In this document: positions 9,238-18,180 of the stretch, piece by piece
Position numbering within the stretch: the first letter of the stretch is position 1
How the letters are laid out: every line of letters begins with the position of its first letter
Assembly (NCBI GenBank): GCA_964013405.1
Contig: CAXGWI010000051.1
Span: forward strand, 1-21,525
Source of the DNA: an uncultured Myxococcales bacterium
GTDB taxonomy: Bacteria > Myxococcota > UBA4151
DNA length: 21,525 nt
Reading direction: 5' to 3'
Position numbers and translations under genes: made by a program
Notes under the pieces: model-generated
What the model was told of the DNA's origin: nothing
The model's database searches: none
The model's input: the letters and a program-made list of their open reading frames with translations, nothing else

Positions 9238-11927
9238 GGATCTGACTCCGTCATCTCTTCATAGCGAAGTTCGACTCGGCGGTTCCGAGCCCGCCCTGCT
9301 TCGCTGCTGTTACTGGACACAGGCTGCTCGGCACCTAGACCTAGCGTCTCAAGGCGCTGCGCGTCGATCCCCTTCCCAATGAGCCACCGCTTCACCGCAT
9401 CGGCCCGGGCTTGAGAGAGGACCTTGTTGGCTTCTTGGTCGCCCCGGTCATCGGTATGCCCGACGATCTGCAGCCCCATCCCCGACCGCTCGCTCAGGAG
9501 GCGAGCGATCCGCTCAAGTACCGCCAACGACTCGGGCAACAACTCTGCGGAGCCTGTCGCGAACTGAATTCCGCGGACGACCCCGGCCAGCCCTTGGAGG
9601 GCTTCCGGTGCCTGATCAGGGCAGCCGTCGGCATCCTGATAGCCATTATCTGTTTCGGCCACGAGGGGGCAGCGATCCAATGCGTCGGGAACCCGATCCC
9701 CGTCGTTATCAGGCTCTGGACAGCCATCATCGTCTAAGTAGCCATCCGGATCTTCTGGCAACTTCGGACAGGCGTCGGCACCGTCGACAACACCGTCGCC
9801 ATCGAGGTCCCGGCCCGTGCTGAGACCGAGGTCAAATGGCTGCGTCTGGTGCCGGGCCCGAAGACCTCTTTCGCCTGCGGGTAGATCCATTTGTCCTGGC
9901 CCGACCACCTCGGGACAACCGTCCTCGTCCCGATGCCCATTGAAGGTCTCCTCGAGACGAGGGCAACGGTCGTGGAAGTCCTCCACACCGTCGCTATCGA
10001 GATCGGGTCCTTGATCGGGACAGCCATCGTAATCATCGAGGCCATTGGCTGTCTCGCCCACGAGGGGGCAATCATCTTGGGCATCGGGAATACCGTCCTC
10101 ATCTGCGTCGACCACAGGGCAGCCATCGCTACCGTGTAAAGGATCACCATTCTCCCGTTGGTCGGGGCAAAGATCCTTGTCGTCATCGAGCCCGTCACCA
10201 TCGCGATCGCCAACCCATTCCAGCCATGCCCGAGCGGGAGGTTCCGGGGGGAGAGGCGGCTCCTTTACAACAGCTTCCTTCGTTGGCTTCAGCGCCACTT
10301 TGGTGGGAGGGACTTCGAGTTGGTTTCGTTTCTGCGCCTGCCGCCGCTGGGCCTGAAGAACGTGGGCTGGCAACGCGACATCTGGACAACCATCGGCCCG
10401 GGATCCAGAGGCTCGAGGGCAGCGATCCCACGCGTCGCCAACACCATCTTTGTCCCGATCGGGGCCCTTTTCAGGGCAGCCGTCGTCATCCTCCACACCG
10501 TTGATATTCTCGGCGATGAGGGGACACTGATCCTGCTGATCCGGAATCCCATCGCCGTCACCGTCCTGTTCAGGACAACCATCCCCATCCTGAAAGCCAT
10601 CTAGATCTTCGGCTTGCTCGGGGCAGGCATCTAGCCGATCGGGCACACCGTCTCGATCTTGGTCCTCTTCTCGCACCATCGCGGGCAAGCCTGCACCGTC
10701 TTGGGCCGACAAAGCCCCTCCAGCGTGGCTCCGTGCGGCGAGCAGCACCTCTGGACACCCGTCCTCTTGCCGATAGCCATTGTCGTCTTCGGGAATGCGA
10801 GGGCAGCGATCCAAGGCATCGTTGATGCTATCACCATCACTGTCTCGACGAAGGGCTCGCCGGTACAATCGGTGGCGCCGGGGCCCATCCGGGTTTGACC
10901 AATACCTCAATTGGACAAGGCCGCGGGTGGCCGGTGTCGCCACACCAGAGATGACCGGGAGACCCAAACCAACCCCCACGGCCAGCCGGTTACTCCAGGC
11001 GTAGTCCAAGGCAGCAATGACCTCCATCGGGGCCGGTGAACCCAGACCATCTCCCATGACGGAACGCAGCAGATTGTTGCCCCAGTAATCCACCTGCTCA
11101 CCGGCCGTCTCGGCGGTCATTGGCACCCGACCAAGGAACGTCAGAGATGGACGCCACGGGGCCCGGGCTCCGATACTGACCTGCGTACTCCAGCGCAATT
11201 CATCGTCTCTTCGCCAGAAGGAGACCGTCTTTTCTTGGCGCATGTGGTAGCCGAGATTGATACTTAAAAGGCTAGTCATTGGCAGGTCTAGATCGAGATG
11301 AAGCCGAGGCTCAAACCGCCAATGATGCTCCCCCTGCAAGGCTTGGCTCGACCCCGTCGGCGCAAACACCATCAAGCCAAGCCCCAGCCCCAGCCCCCGT
11401 TTGCTCAGCGCGGACCAGCGCCCACCGTCCTCCAACTGGACTTGAAGTCGGGCGTCGCCGAGATAGCTTCCGCTGGCGGCCGCCACATCGAATCCCGTCA
11501 GTTCGACCGCACCCGCAGACTGGCTCACAAAGGGCAGGACGAGGCCCAACTGAAAGCCCTTTGCAAACCCAAAGGCCCCGCCCACTTCGACGCGGGTGAT
11601 GTCGTCGATGACGAGCCCCCCGCTCGGCGCCATCTCATCCACCCCAGGGGCAACCCGGAGCATGCTGTCTGCACGAAGTAGACTGAGGCCTAGAGCCCAG
11701 GTTCCCGGGCTAAGCGTCTCACTACTGGCTACATTCTGGGAACCGAGACCACCTACCCAAGTCGTATAATCATCGACCTCAGGCCCACCGGCGGTCTCAG
11801 AGGCGATGGCTGACCCACTCCAGAGACAGCAGAGCAACAAGGCTGCCCCTAGACTGCGTCCGCCCAGGATTCCACGCCGGCCCAAGGTCAGACCTCCATG
11901 CAACCCGCCCTGACGGGGGGAAGCCAT
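9234..11927 (-). CDS. Outer-membrane beta-barrel / thrombospondin type 3 repeat / OmpA_C protein (TraB-like architecture)
   Basis: Signal peptide, a ~300 aa region of amphipathic beta strands ending LVQLRYW, nine TSP3-like units, and a canonical OmpA_C domain (VGHTDDRG..N..LSQARADAV...NRRVE). The exact start is uncertain. Confidence 0.88.
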   Translation of the reverse strand: MASPRQGGLHGGLTLGRRGILGGRSLGAALLLCCLWSGSAIASETAGGPEVDDYTTWVGGLGSQNVASSETLSPGTWALGLSLLRADSMLRVAPGVDEMAPSGGLVIDDITRVEVGGAFGFAKGFQLGLVLPFVSQSAGAVELTGFDVAAASGSYLGDARLQVQLEDGGRWSALSKRGLGLGLGLMVFAPTGSSQALQGEHHWRFEPRLHLDLDLPMTSLLSINLGYHMRQEKTVSFWRRDDELRWSTQVSIGARAPWRPSLTFLGRVPMTAETAGEQVDYWGNNLLRSVMGDGLGSPAPMEVIAALDYAWSNRLAVGVGLGLPVISGVATPATRGLVQLRYWSNPDGPRRHRLYRRALRRDSDGDSINDALDRCPRIPEDDNGYRQEDGCPEVLLAARSHAGGALSAQDGAGLPAMVREEDQDRDGVPDRLDACPEQAEDLDGFQDGDGCPEQDGDGDGIPDQQDQCPLIAENINGVEDDDGCPEKGPDRDKDGVGDAWDRCPRASGSRADGCPDVALPAHVLQAQRRQAQKRNQLEVPPTKVALKPTKEAVVKEPPLPPEPPARAWLEWVGDRDGDGLDDDKDLCPDQRENGDPLHGSDGCPVVDADEDGIPDAQDDCPLVGETANGLDDYDGCPDQGPDLDSDGVEDFHDRCPRLEETFNGHRDEDGCPEVVGPGQMDLPAGERGLRARHQTQPFDLGLSTGRDLDGDGVVDGADACPKLPEDPDGYLDDDGCPEPDNDGDRVPDALDRCPLVAETDNGYQDADGCPDQAPEALQGLAGVVRGIQFATGSAELLPESLAVLERIARLLSERSGMGLQIVGHTDDRGDQEANKVLSQARADAVKRWLIGKGIDAQRLETLGLGAEQPVSSNSSEAGRARNRRVELRYEEMTESDP
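9618..10844 (-). repeat. Nine TSP3-like Ca2+-binding units (DxDxDxxxDxxDxCP...DGCP) in blocks of 1+3+3+2
   Basis: Counted directly in the translation, e.g. DQDRDGVPDRLDACP...DGCP and DADEDGIPDAQDDCP...DGCP. Confidence 0.9.
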
Positions 11928-11943
11928 TCACCAGCAACGCTGG

Positions 11944-13815
11944 TCAAGGGGAAGATCCTTTGGGTCCCGCTTTCTTAGGCTTCGGTTTTCCACTCAAAGC
12001 CGTTTCAGCCAAGGCCTTGACCTTCTGGTTATCGGTCTTGCTGATCAGCTTTGTCAGGCTCTGACGGGCGGCTAGATTACTGGGTTCAAGTTCCATGACG
12101 AGGACCAAATCAGCCAAGGCATCAGTCCAACGCCCCTGATCGCTGTAGGTGGTCGCCCGGCGATTCAAAAATCCAGCGATCACGCCCCGTGCATCCCGGC
12201 GGACCTTCGACTCCACTCGCTTGCCCACGATCTCGTAGTCGATCTCGGAGAGCCGCTGCCATTCTTGCAATGCCGCGGCGAGATCTTTCTTCCGGTCAAC
12301 ATCCTTGATGGACTTTAGGTGCTGTTCGACCTTCTGGATCTGCCGACGCAAACTTGCCGCTGCCCCTTGCAGAGATCGCCGGCGCTCATCCGTCAGAATG
12401 GTCTTCAAACGGCTCTTCGCTTCCGAGAGATCCCCCATCGCATACTGCTCAGCGGCTTGCAGCATGCGAGCGTCGGGAAAGCGCTGAACGAGCGCTTCCC
12501 GTAGTCGTTGTCGGTCACCGGAGAGATCTTCGCGCTCCTTACGATCCGCGGGGCAGCGACTGAAGCTCCGCCCTCGTCGTTTGAGAGCCGACTCTGCCTG
12601 GGCCAACAGGCGCACCATTTGCCGGTTGTATTCATAAGCTAAGTGGTTGCAGGACTCTTGCTGACAAACCTTCCACCGACGCTCTCGACAGGCGGCCTCG
12701 GCCCGGTCTCGGTATTGCGCAAGCAATCGCCCCTGAGCCTTCACCCGCTCGGACTGGGCCTGGTTGTAGTACCGCGTGCCCGGTGCCACCGCGTCGAATG
12801 CGTTCACCGCTTTATCAAAGTCACCAGTATCTCGGGCTTCGATCGCACCTTCAAACTGCGTTTGGGCTCGCGTCTCTCGAGCGATACGCTGGTGCAGGCT
12901 TTTAGCCTCCTTGTTGAGAGGGTCCACCTGCAGCACGTGATTCACACTGGGTAGGGCATCGGACCAGGCCTTCGATTGGACGAGCTCATTAGCTTTTGTC
13001 AGGTGCCCCTCCAATTCAGCCTGCCGTCGACTATAGTCACTCTCTGCGGTGACCGAAGGACTCGCCAGCAAGAGAATGATGCCGGTCACCGCAAGGAGGG
13101 CGGCTGCCCCGTGACGCAAAAGCATCGCTTTGGGTAGCGCCTCGAGTCGATCCCCCAAGTTCCCCAGCAGACCTTGGATGGGTTTCACCGTCATCGAGAC
13201 CTCACCGCAGACCACCTCGCAGGTCGTTGTCACCAACGCGCTACCTGCGATGAGTTGCCCATGGACATAACTCCCGTTGGTGCCTCCCACATCGTCGAGA
13301 CGCAGCCCTTCTGCGGTGGGCGTGAAGCTTAAATGCCGCCGACTCACCGAAGGATGGTCGATCACCACGTCGGCACTGATACTGCGACCTAAGACCGTGG
13401 GACGATCCAATCGCAGCGAGATGCCATGCTCTTTGACTTGGAGCTTCCAGGGCTTGATGGGCCCCTGGTCGACCGCACCGAGTGCGGGCATCGAAGTCTG
13501 ACTCAATCCCGGTGCGTAGGTCGAAACCGGCGTCGCAACCCGCACGCGACAACCGCCGAACTGCAGTTGGTCGCCCACCGCCAACTTGGCCTCGCCTTGA
13601 ATTCGTTGTCCTTGAACGAAGACGCCATTGGCCGCGCCCATGTCGGTGACTGTAAGCGATTTACCCGTACGGTTGAACCGCAGGTGCATTCGGCTACTAC
13701 GGGGGTCGTCAACCGTGACGTCGGCCGAGGCTGAGCGGCCGAAGCTTAGGCTTTCTCCCTCGAAGGAGATCTCCCTCACCCGCCCTTCGGGGTCGGTCAG
13801 AACCAGGACCCACAT
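11944..13815 (-). CDS. FHA-FHA-TM-TPR protein (KilD-like position and architecture)
   Basis: FHA1 (FGRS...SRMH...NGVF), FHA2 (LGRS...SRRH...TNGSY), a TM (AAALLAVTGIILLLA), and TPR-like helices (VLQVDPLNKEA, VMELEPSNLAA). Confidence 0.85.
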   Translation of the reverse strand: MWVLVLTDPEGRVREISFEGESLSFGRSASADVTVDDPRSSRMHLRFNRTGKSLTVTDMGAANGVFVQGQRIQGEAKLAVGDQLQFGGCRVRVATPVSTYAPGLSQTSMPALGAVDQGPIKPWKLQVKEHGISLRLDRPTVLGRSISADVVIDHPSVSRRHLSFTPTAEGLRLDDVGGTNGSYVHGQLIAGSALVTTTCEVVCGEVSMTVKPIQGLLGNLGDRLEALPKAMLLRHGAAALLAVTGIILLLASPSVTAESDYSRRQAELEGHLTKANELVQSKAWSDALPSVNHVLQVDPLNKEAKSLHQRIARETRAQTQFEGAIEARDTGDFDKAVNAFDAVAPGTRYYNQAQSERVKAQGRLLAQYRDRAEAACRERRWKVCQQESCNHLAYEYNRQMVRLLAQAESALKRRGRSFSRCPADRKEREDLSGDRQRLREALVQRFPDARMLQAAEQYAMGDLSEAKSRLKTILTDERRRSLQGAAASLRRQIQKVEQHLKSIKDVDRKKDLAAALQEWQRLSEIDYEIVGKRVESKVRRDARGVIAGFLNRRATTYSDQGRWTDALADLVLVMELEPSNLAARQSLTKLISKTDNQKVKALAETALSGKPKPKKAGPKGSSP

Positions 13816-13821
13816 CGATGC

Positions 13822-15828
13822 CTAGCCCTTCGAGAACAGGGACATATCCACGGGCAGACCGCGCTTTTTCAAGTCCTCGTAAAAGCGGGGAATGAGCCCT
13901 GTGGGCTTCAGGCCCCCGAGCACTTTACTGTCTTTGCCAATCCCCTCCTGCTCGAACACAAAGATGTCCGCGAGGGTGATCACATCCACTTCCATCCCCA
14001 GCACCTCTGAGATGTGCGTGATGCGGCGGGAGCCGTCGCTCAAGCGAGCCTGATGCACGATGATGTCCACCGCCGAGCTGACTTGTTCACGAATCGCCCG
14101 GATCGGAAGCTCCATACCGCTCATCAAGACCATGGTTTCGAGTCGGGAAAGCGCATCCCGGGGCCCGTTCGCGTGCAAGGTGGTGATGCTGCCATCATGA
14201 CCGGTGTTCATCGCCTGCAACATGTCCAAGGCTTCGCCGCCCCGGCACTCGCCGACAACGATTCGATCAGGACGCATCCGCAGGGAATTGCGAACAAGGT
14301 CGCGAATACCGATGGCGCCCTTCCCCTCTAGATTGGCTGGGCGAGATTCCAAGCAAACCACATGCTCTTGAGGAAGTTGTAGTTCGGCTGCATCCTCGAT
14401 GGTCACGATGCGCTCACCCGATGGAATGTAACTGCTGATCACATTAAGGGTCGTTGTCTTACCCGAGCCGGTACCGCCAGAAATCACGATGTTCTTTCTC
14501 GCATGGACCGCCTCTCTCAGGAACGAGGCCATCCCCGGCGTCAGGGTATTGAGCCGTATCAAATCTTCCACGGTCATCCGCTCCTTGGCGAACTTCCGGA
14601 TGGTGATACAGGGACCTCTCAAAGCCAGCGGCGGAATGATCGCGTTGACTCGAGAGCCATCCTTGAGTCGAGCATCCACCATGGGTGAACTTTGATCGAT
14701 GCGCCGACCGAGCGGTGAAACGATACGCTCGATGGCTTGAAGCACGGCCCGGTCTGAACTGAAGATTCGATCAACCGGGGCAATCTTCCCAGCCCGCTCC
14801 ACATAGATCTGTCGAGGCGAGTTCACCATGATTTCCGTCACGGTGTCATCGGCGAGGAGGCCTTCTAGCGGCCCCAATCCGTGGACCTCATCGAGGACGT
14901 CAGCGATGATCCGCTCCCGGTCGAGGTCCTCAAGCCACTCGCCGGCAGCTTCCATCTCATCAACGATGGCTACGATCGCATCGTGGCTGCGGGCTCGGAG
15001 CACCTCCTCACCCAAATTCTCCGTCTCCAAGGTTCGTAAATCGAGCACTTTGATCAACCGGTCATGGAGGTCTTGCCGAAGGGCAGCCTCGGCTTTGATG
15101 TCGTGCTCTAACTCCGGATCTGCGGGGACGGCCGCCACCTGTCCGGTCGCCCCGGCCGGAGCCATCGGGAAATCTTTGCCTGGTGGCGGCGGTGCCGAGG
15201 GCGAGGCCGCTGGCGCAGCCGGAGGCTCAGGGGGAGCCGGGGGCTCGGGAAGATCTGGCGCTGCGGGGGGCTCGGGGGGCTCGGGAGGCGCAGGCGCTTC
15301 CGGAGGCGCAGGAGGAGCCGGTGGTTCCGGGGGAGCCGGTGGTTCCGGAGGCGCAGGAGGAGCCGGAGGCTCGGGGGGAGCCGGTGGTTCCGGGGGAGCC
15401 GGGGGCTCGGGAGGAGCAGGAGGAGGTAGGTCAGACGGGAGTTCTACAGCTTGGGCAGGCACCGTGGGCCCACCGGCCCCAGGAGGGGGAGGCGGAGGCG
15501 GGGCGTCGGGCACCTGGCTGGCCGTACCCGTCTCGATGGTGAGGACAAAATCGCCCACATGAACCTTATCACTGCCCTGGATGGGCCGCGGGGTATCCGC
15601 CGGCATCTTTTCTCGGTTCAACCAGGTCCCATTCACGGAGCCTAGGTCCTTCACCATCGGCATATCGCCATCGAGAAAGATGAGGCAGTGGCGCCGGGAG
15701 ATGTTCTTTTTCGCCAGGACGATCTCGTCCTCGGTATCGTGGGTCACCCGACCCACGATGATCTCACTTCCAGCACTGACCTTAGTCCACTGTTTTCCCT
15801 GGTTGTCTCGGATCACTACGCGCAGCAT
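13822..15828 (-). CDS. cpaF: Tad pilus assembly ATPase CpaF/TadA with N-terminal FHA domain and Pro-rich linker (KilF-like)
   Basis: ATG at 15828 lies 1 nt after the secretin stop. FHA (VGR...ISRRH...DLGSVNGT), Walker [10 protein letters not shown], Asp box TIEDAAEL, Walker B RIVVGE, His box [13 protein letters not shown]. Confidence 0.93.
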   Translation of the reverse strand: MLRVVIRDNQGKQWTKVSAGSEIIVGRVTHDTEDEIVLAKKNISRRHCLIFLDGDMPMVKDLGSVNGTWLNREKMPADTPRPIQGSDKVHVGDFVLTIETGTASQVPDAPPPPPPPGAGGPTVPAQAVELPSDLPPPAPPEPPAPPEPPAPPEPPAPPAPPEPPAPPEPPAPPAPPEAPAPPEPPEPPAAPDLPEPPAPPEPPAAPAASPSAPPPPGKDFPMAPAGATGQVAAVPADPELEHDIKAEAALRQDLHDRLIKVLDLRTLETENLGEEVLRARSHDAIVAIVDEMEAAGEWLEDLDRERIIADVLDEVHGLGPLEGLLADDTVTEIMVNSPRQIYVERAGKIAPVDRIFSSDRAVLQAIERIVSPLGRRIDQSSPMVDARLKDGSRVNAIIPPLALRGPCITIRKFAKERMTVEDLIRLNTLTPGMASFLREAVHARKNIVISGGTGSGKTTTLNVISSYIPSGERIVTIEDAAELQLPQEHVVCLESRPANLEGKGAIGIRDLVRNSLRMRPDRIVVGECRGGEALDMLQAMNTGHDGSITTLHANGPRDALSRLETMVLMSGMELPIRAIREQVSSAVDIIVHQARLSDGSRRITHISEVLGMEVDVITLADIFVFEQEGIGKDSKVLGGLKPTGLIPRFYEDLKKRGLPVDMSLFSKG
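15179..15508 (-). repeat. Low-complexity (PPA/PPE)n coding tandem repeat with 9/18-bp units
   Basis: Translation [18 protein letters not shown]... DNA units such as ggagccggtggttccgg recur. Confidence 0.9.
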
Positions 15829-15829
15829 A

Positions 15830-17242
15830 TCAGTCCCAAATGTTGAAACGGACCTCTTGGCCCGACCGTTCATACATACGTCGTGCATCGTCGATGAGTC
15901 GACGCACTCTTTTGCTTCCTGGCCCAACAAGGCGGGGGGTCAGAAGAATGACCAGCTCACTCTTCTTCTCTAACCACGCCCGGCTCTTAAAGAGTTCTCC
16001 CACGATGGGGATATGACCAAGGCCAGGAAACTTGCTCACATTCTTTTGTTCGTCATTGTTGTAAATCCCAGAGAGGACAATGGTCTCGCCACCGGTGGCA
16101 TTCACGTTGGTTTGCACCCGACGGGTGCGGAAGCCGGGAATGTTATCCACGGCCAGGGCTGCATCCGGCTGGCTCACCTCAGCGGTGATATCCATGTTGA
16201 TGTTCCCGAGCCGGTCGGTCTGCGGCAGCACACCGAGCCGGACACCGAACTCCTTGTACTCGACATCCACCCCCTGAAGGCTACGCTTGATGATGGGCAC
16301 TTCGCCTCCGGCTAAGAAATCAGCCCGTTGGCCACTGCTCGCCAGCAGACGAGGTTGAGCCAACAAACGCCCATAGCCATTGTTGAACTGGAGGCCGAAT
16401 GAGAAAGGACTCTCTCCACCGAGGTCAAAGCGCAACTCCCCGCTGTCAGCGCTCGAACTGGGCAGGAGGCCCCAGCCTCGGCTCAGATTCATTTGCCCCT
16501 TGCCCGTAATCTGAAGTGGCAAGCGGATGCCGAGCAGATCGTTGCGATTCTTACGAACCTCGACGAACTGGCATTCGATCAGAACCATCCGCCGGTTACC
16601 CACCTTGACCAGGTTCTCGACGGCCACACCGGCCGTCTTGACGAGTTCCGCCAGCTTCGCCTGGTCATCTACCGAAGGTACCGTGCCCTCAAGAAAGAGG
16701 GTTGGCCCCACCAAACTCGCCTCCACACCAGTGTAGCCAGCCTGGCGCAGACGACTGGTGAGTGTGTCGGCCACTTGCGCGCGCACCTCCGGCGATAACG
16801 ACACCATGTTGATCACGCTGGGAAACAACTCCCGCACCAGACTCAGCCGCTGGTGCTCTTTCACCGAATTCACCTTTCCTTCGAGGATCAGGCGTCCTCC
16901 CACCTGTTTGATCCGAACGTTACGGAGGCCGCGAATCACACGGGAAACCTCCCGCTCAGTCACCTGATCATCCATCGCTGCGACAATCACCGCGAGTTGT
17001 TCGGTACCGCCCGAGCCGAAGATCGTGAGCGAGGTCCGCCCGGGAGAGACACCTGTGACCAGGAGCTCCCTTGTCGACAAGGCGCGAACGTCGGCCACTT
17101 TGTCGTCGCCAATGGCTACTTTGGTGATGTTCGGGCGGGTGACCACGCGCTGTTGCCCCACGGCCACGCGCACAGTGGTCGCTTGGGCGGAAAAGGAAAT
17201 CAGCAGAACCGCGAATGCGGCGATACGGGAAACAAAACCCAT
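15830..17242 (-). CDS. cpaC: Tad secretin CpaC/RcpA (KilC-like)
   Basis: Signal peptide MGFVSRIAAFAVLLISFSAQA from ATG 17242. Pilus N-domain (KVAIGDDKVADV..GRTSL), two BON-like segments, and secretin motifs FLAGGEVPI, EYKEFGV, PGLGHIPIVGELFKS and ELVILLTPRLV. Confidence 0.93.
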   Translation of the reverse strand: MGFVSRIAAFAVLLISFSAQATTVRVAVGQQRVVTRPNITKVAIGDDKVADVRALSTRELLVTGVSPGRTSLTIFGSGGTEQLAVIVAAMDDQVTEREVSRVIRGLRNVRIKQVGGRLILEGKVNSVKEHQRLSLVRELFPSVINMVSLSPEVRAQVADTLTSRLRQAGYTGVEASLVGPTLFLEGTVPSVDDQAKLAELVKTAGVAVENLVKVGNRRMVLIECQFVEVRKNRNDLLGIRLPLQITGKGQMNLSRGWGLLPSSSADSGELRFDLGGESPFSFGLQFNNGYGRLLAQPRLLASSGQRADFLAGGEVPIIKRSLQGVDVEYKEFGVRLGVLPQTDRLGNINMDITAEVSQPDAALAVDNIPGFRTRRVQTNVNATGGETIVLSGIYNNDEQKNVSKFPGLGHIPIVGELFKSRAWLEKKSELVILLTPRLVGPGSKRVRRLIDDARRMYERSGQEVRFNIWD

Positions 17243-17303
17243 AATTAATCTCGCGAAAGAACTATTGGCACCCCTCGGGCATGATAGACAAGACGGATTC
17301 CTC

Positions 17304-17816
17304 TCACCGCAGCATGCCCTCAGACGCGGCCCAAAGCCAAAACCAGGCGGCTCCAATGGCCAGACCATAGGGAACACTGGACGCTTTTGCCTTATCTCGA
17401 CGGGCAGAAATGAATGGCGAGAGCGCCGCGTTCATCAAATTCCCGTCGGCGATCAGTCGAGCGATTCCGAGAACGCCCCCCGCTAAGGCCATCCGCACAC
17501 ACAGCTCAAGGGCGGTACCAACATCCAGGCAGAGACAGAGTGCGGCGAGGAATTTCGCATCCCCAGCACCAAAGGCACCGGCCAGATACAGGATGAGCCC
17601 AATGGCGAATGCAGCCGAACCAGCCAGGAGACCATCTGCTCCAGCCGGTCCCAGCGCGATGACTCGTAAGGCCAGCAGCACGATGGCCATCAGGAAGGTG
17701 AGTCGGTTCGGGAGCAGGCGAAAACGAAGGTCGGTGTAGCAGCCGGCCAGTACCGCGCCAGAGGCGAAGACCAGGGTTGCCTGGGACCAGGGGTCCGGGG
17801 CGAATGGAAAACTCAA
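17304..17816 (-). CDS. cpaA: Prepilin peptidase CpaA/TadV (peptidase A24; KilA-like)
   Basis: Multi-TM protein with TDLRFRLLPN, GAGDAKF (GxGD) and VPYGLAI. Probable TTG start 1 nt after the pilin stop. Confidence 0.9.
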   Translation of the reverse strand: MSFPFAPDPWSQATLVFASGAVLAGCYTDLRFRLLPNRLTFLMAIVLLALRVIALGPAGADGLLAGSAAFAIGLILYLAGAFGAGDAKFLAALCLCLDVGTALELCVRMALAGGVLGIARLIADGNLMNAALSPFISARRDKAKASSVPYGLAIGAAWFWLWAASEGMLR

Positions 17817-17817
17817 A

Positions 17818-18087
17818 TCAGGGGGCGTTGTTGGTACCGAAGTTCGACAGCGTCTTCGTACGTTGCTCCTCGGTCGACTCCTGAGTGTAGTTCTGAGTCT
17901 CGAGGTTATCCTGACCGGTGAGGGCATCAGCCGAGAGCCCAAAGAGGCCCGCAATATTGTTGCCAAACAAGGTCACGACGCCGATGGCCGCGACGGCAAT
18001 CAGAGCGACGATAATGATGTACTCGGTCATCCCCTGACCGCTCTCGTCCTTGAAAAATGACTGTAGACGACGACGCAAGGTGTCCAT
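17818..18087 (-). CDS. flp: Flp/Tad pilin with extended polar C-terminus
   Basis: Flp cleavage motif DESG|QGMTEY followed by a hydrophobic helix IIIVALIAVAAIGVV. GGAG ribosome-binding site upstream. Confidence 0.92.
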   Translation of the reverse strand: MDTLRRRLQSFFKDESGQGMTEYIIIVALIAVAAIGVVTLFGNNIAGLFGLSADALTGQDNLETQNYTQESTEEQRTKTLSNFGTNNAP

Positions 18088-18166
18088 GATCTTCTCCCGA
18101 GCCTCCTGAGTCTCTGTACCACTTATCGGCGGGTCCCCCTAACCGTTGCCCCCGCCCCCTAAAAAA

Positions 18167-18180
18167 GTGACCTCAGTCAC
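18167..18180. promoter_or_regulatory. Candidate CRP-family binding palindrome GTGA-N6-TCAC
   Basis: aaaaGTGAcctcagTCAC, centred ~86 bp upstream of the flp start and overlapping the stop codon of the MBL gene. Confidence 0.35.

Noticed and set aside
9618..10844. CRISPR-like or non-coding repeat array
   Set aside because: The repeats are degenerate at DNA level and conserved only as in-frame protein motifs.
14828..15562. Gly-rich + strand ORF (GGAGGSGG...) resembling PE-PGRS or collagen-like proteins
   Set aside because: It is the antisense shadow of the Pro-rich linker in cpaF.
13822..17242. Conjugative T4SS (VirB11) or T2SS/T3SS
   Set aside because: The Flp pilin, short A24 peptidase and CpaC-type secretin identify a Tad system. 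No relaxase, VirB4 or mobile-element genes are present.
17266..17282. Sigma54-like TGGCAC-N5-GGGC
   Set aside because: The -12 element is poor and it points antisense to the operon.
15829..17966. ORF-track starts for cpaF (15930), cpaC (17377) and cpaA (17966)
   Set aside because: Each runs into the upstream gene. Starts at 15828, 17242 and 17816 fit domain boundaries and the signal peptide.
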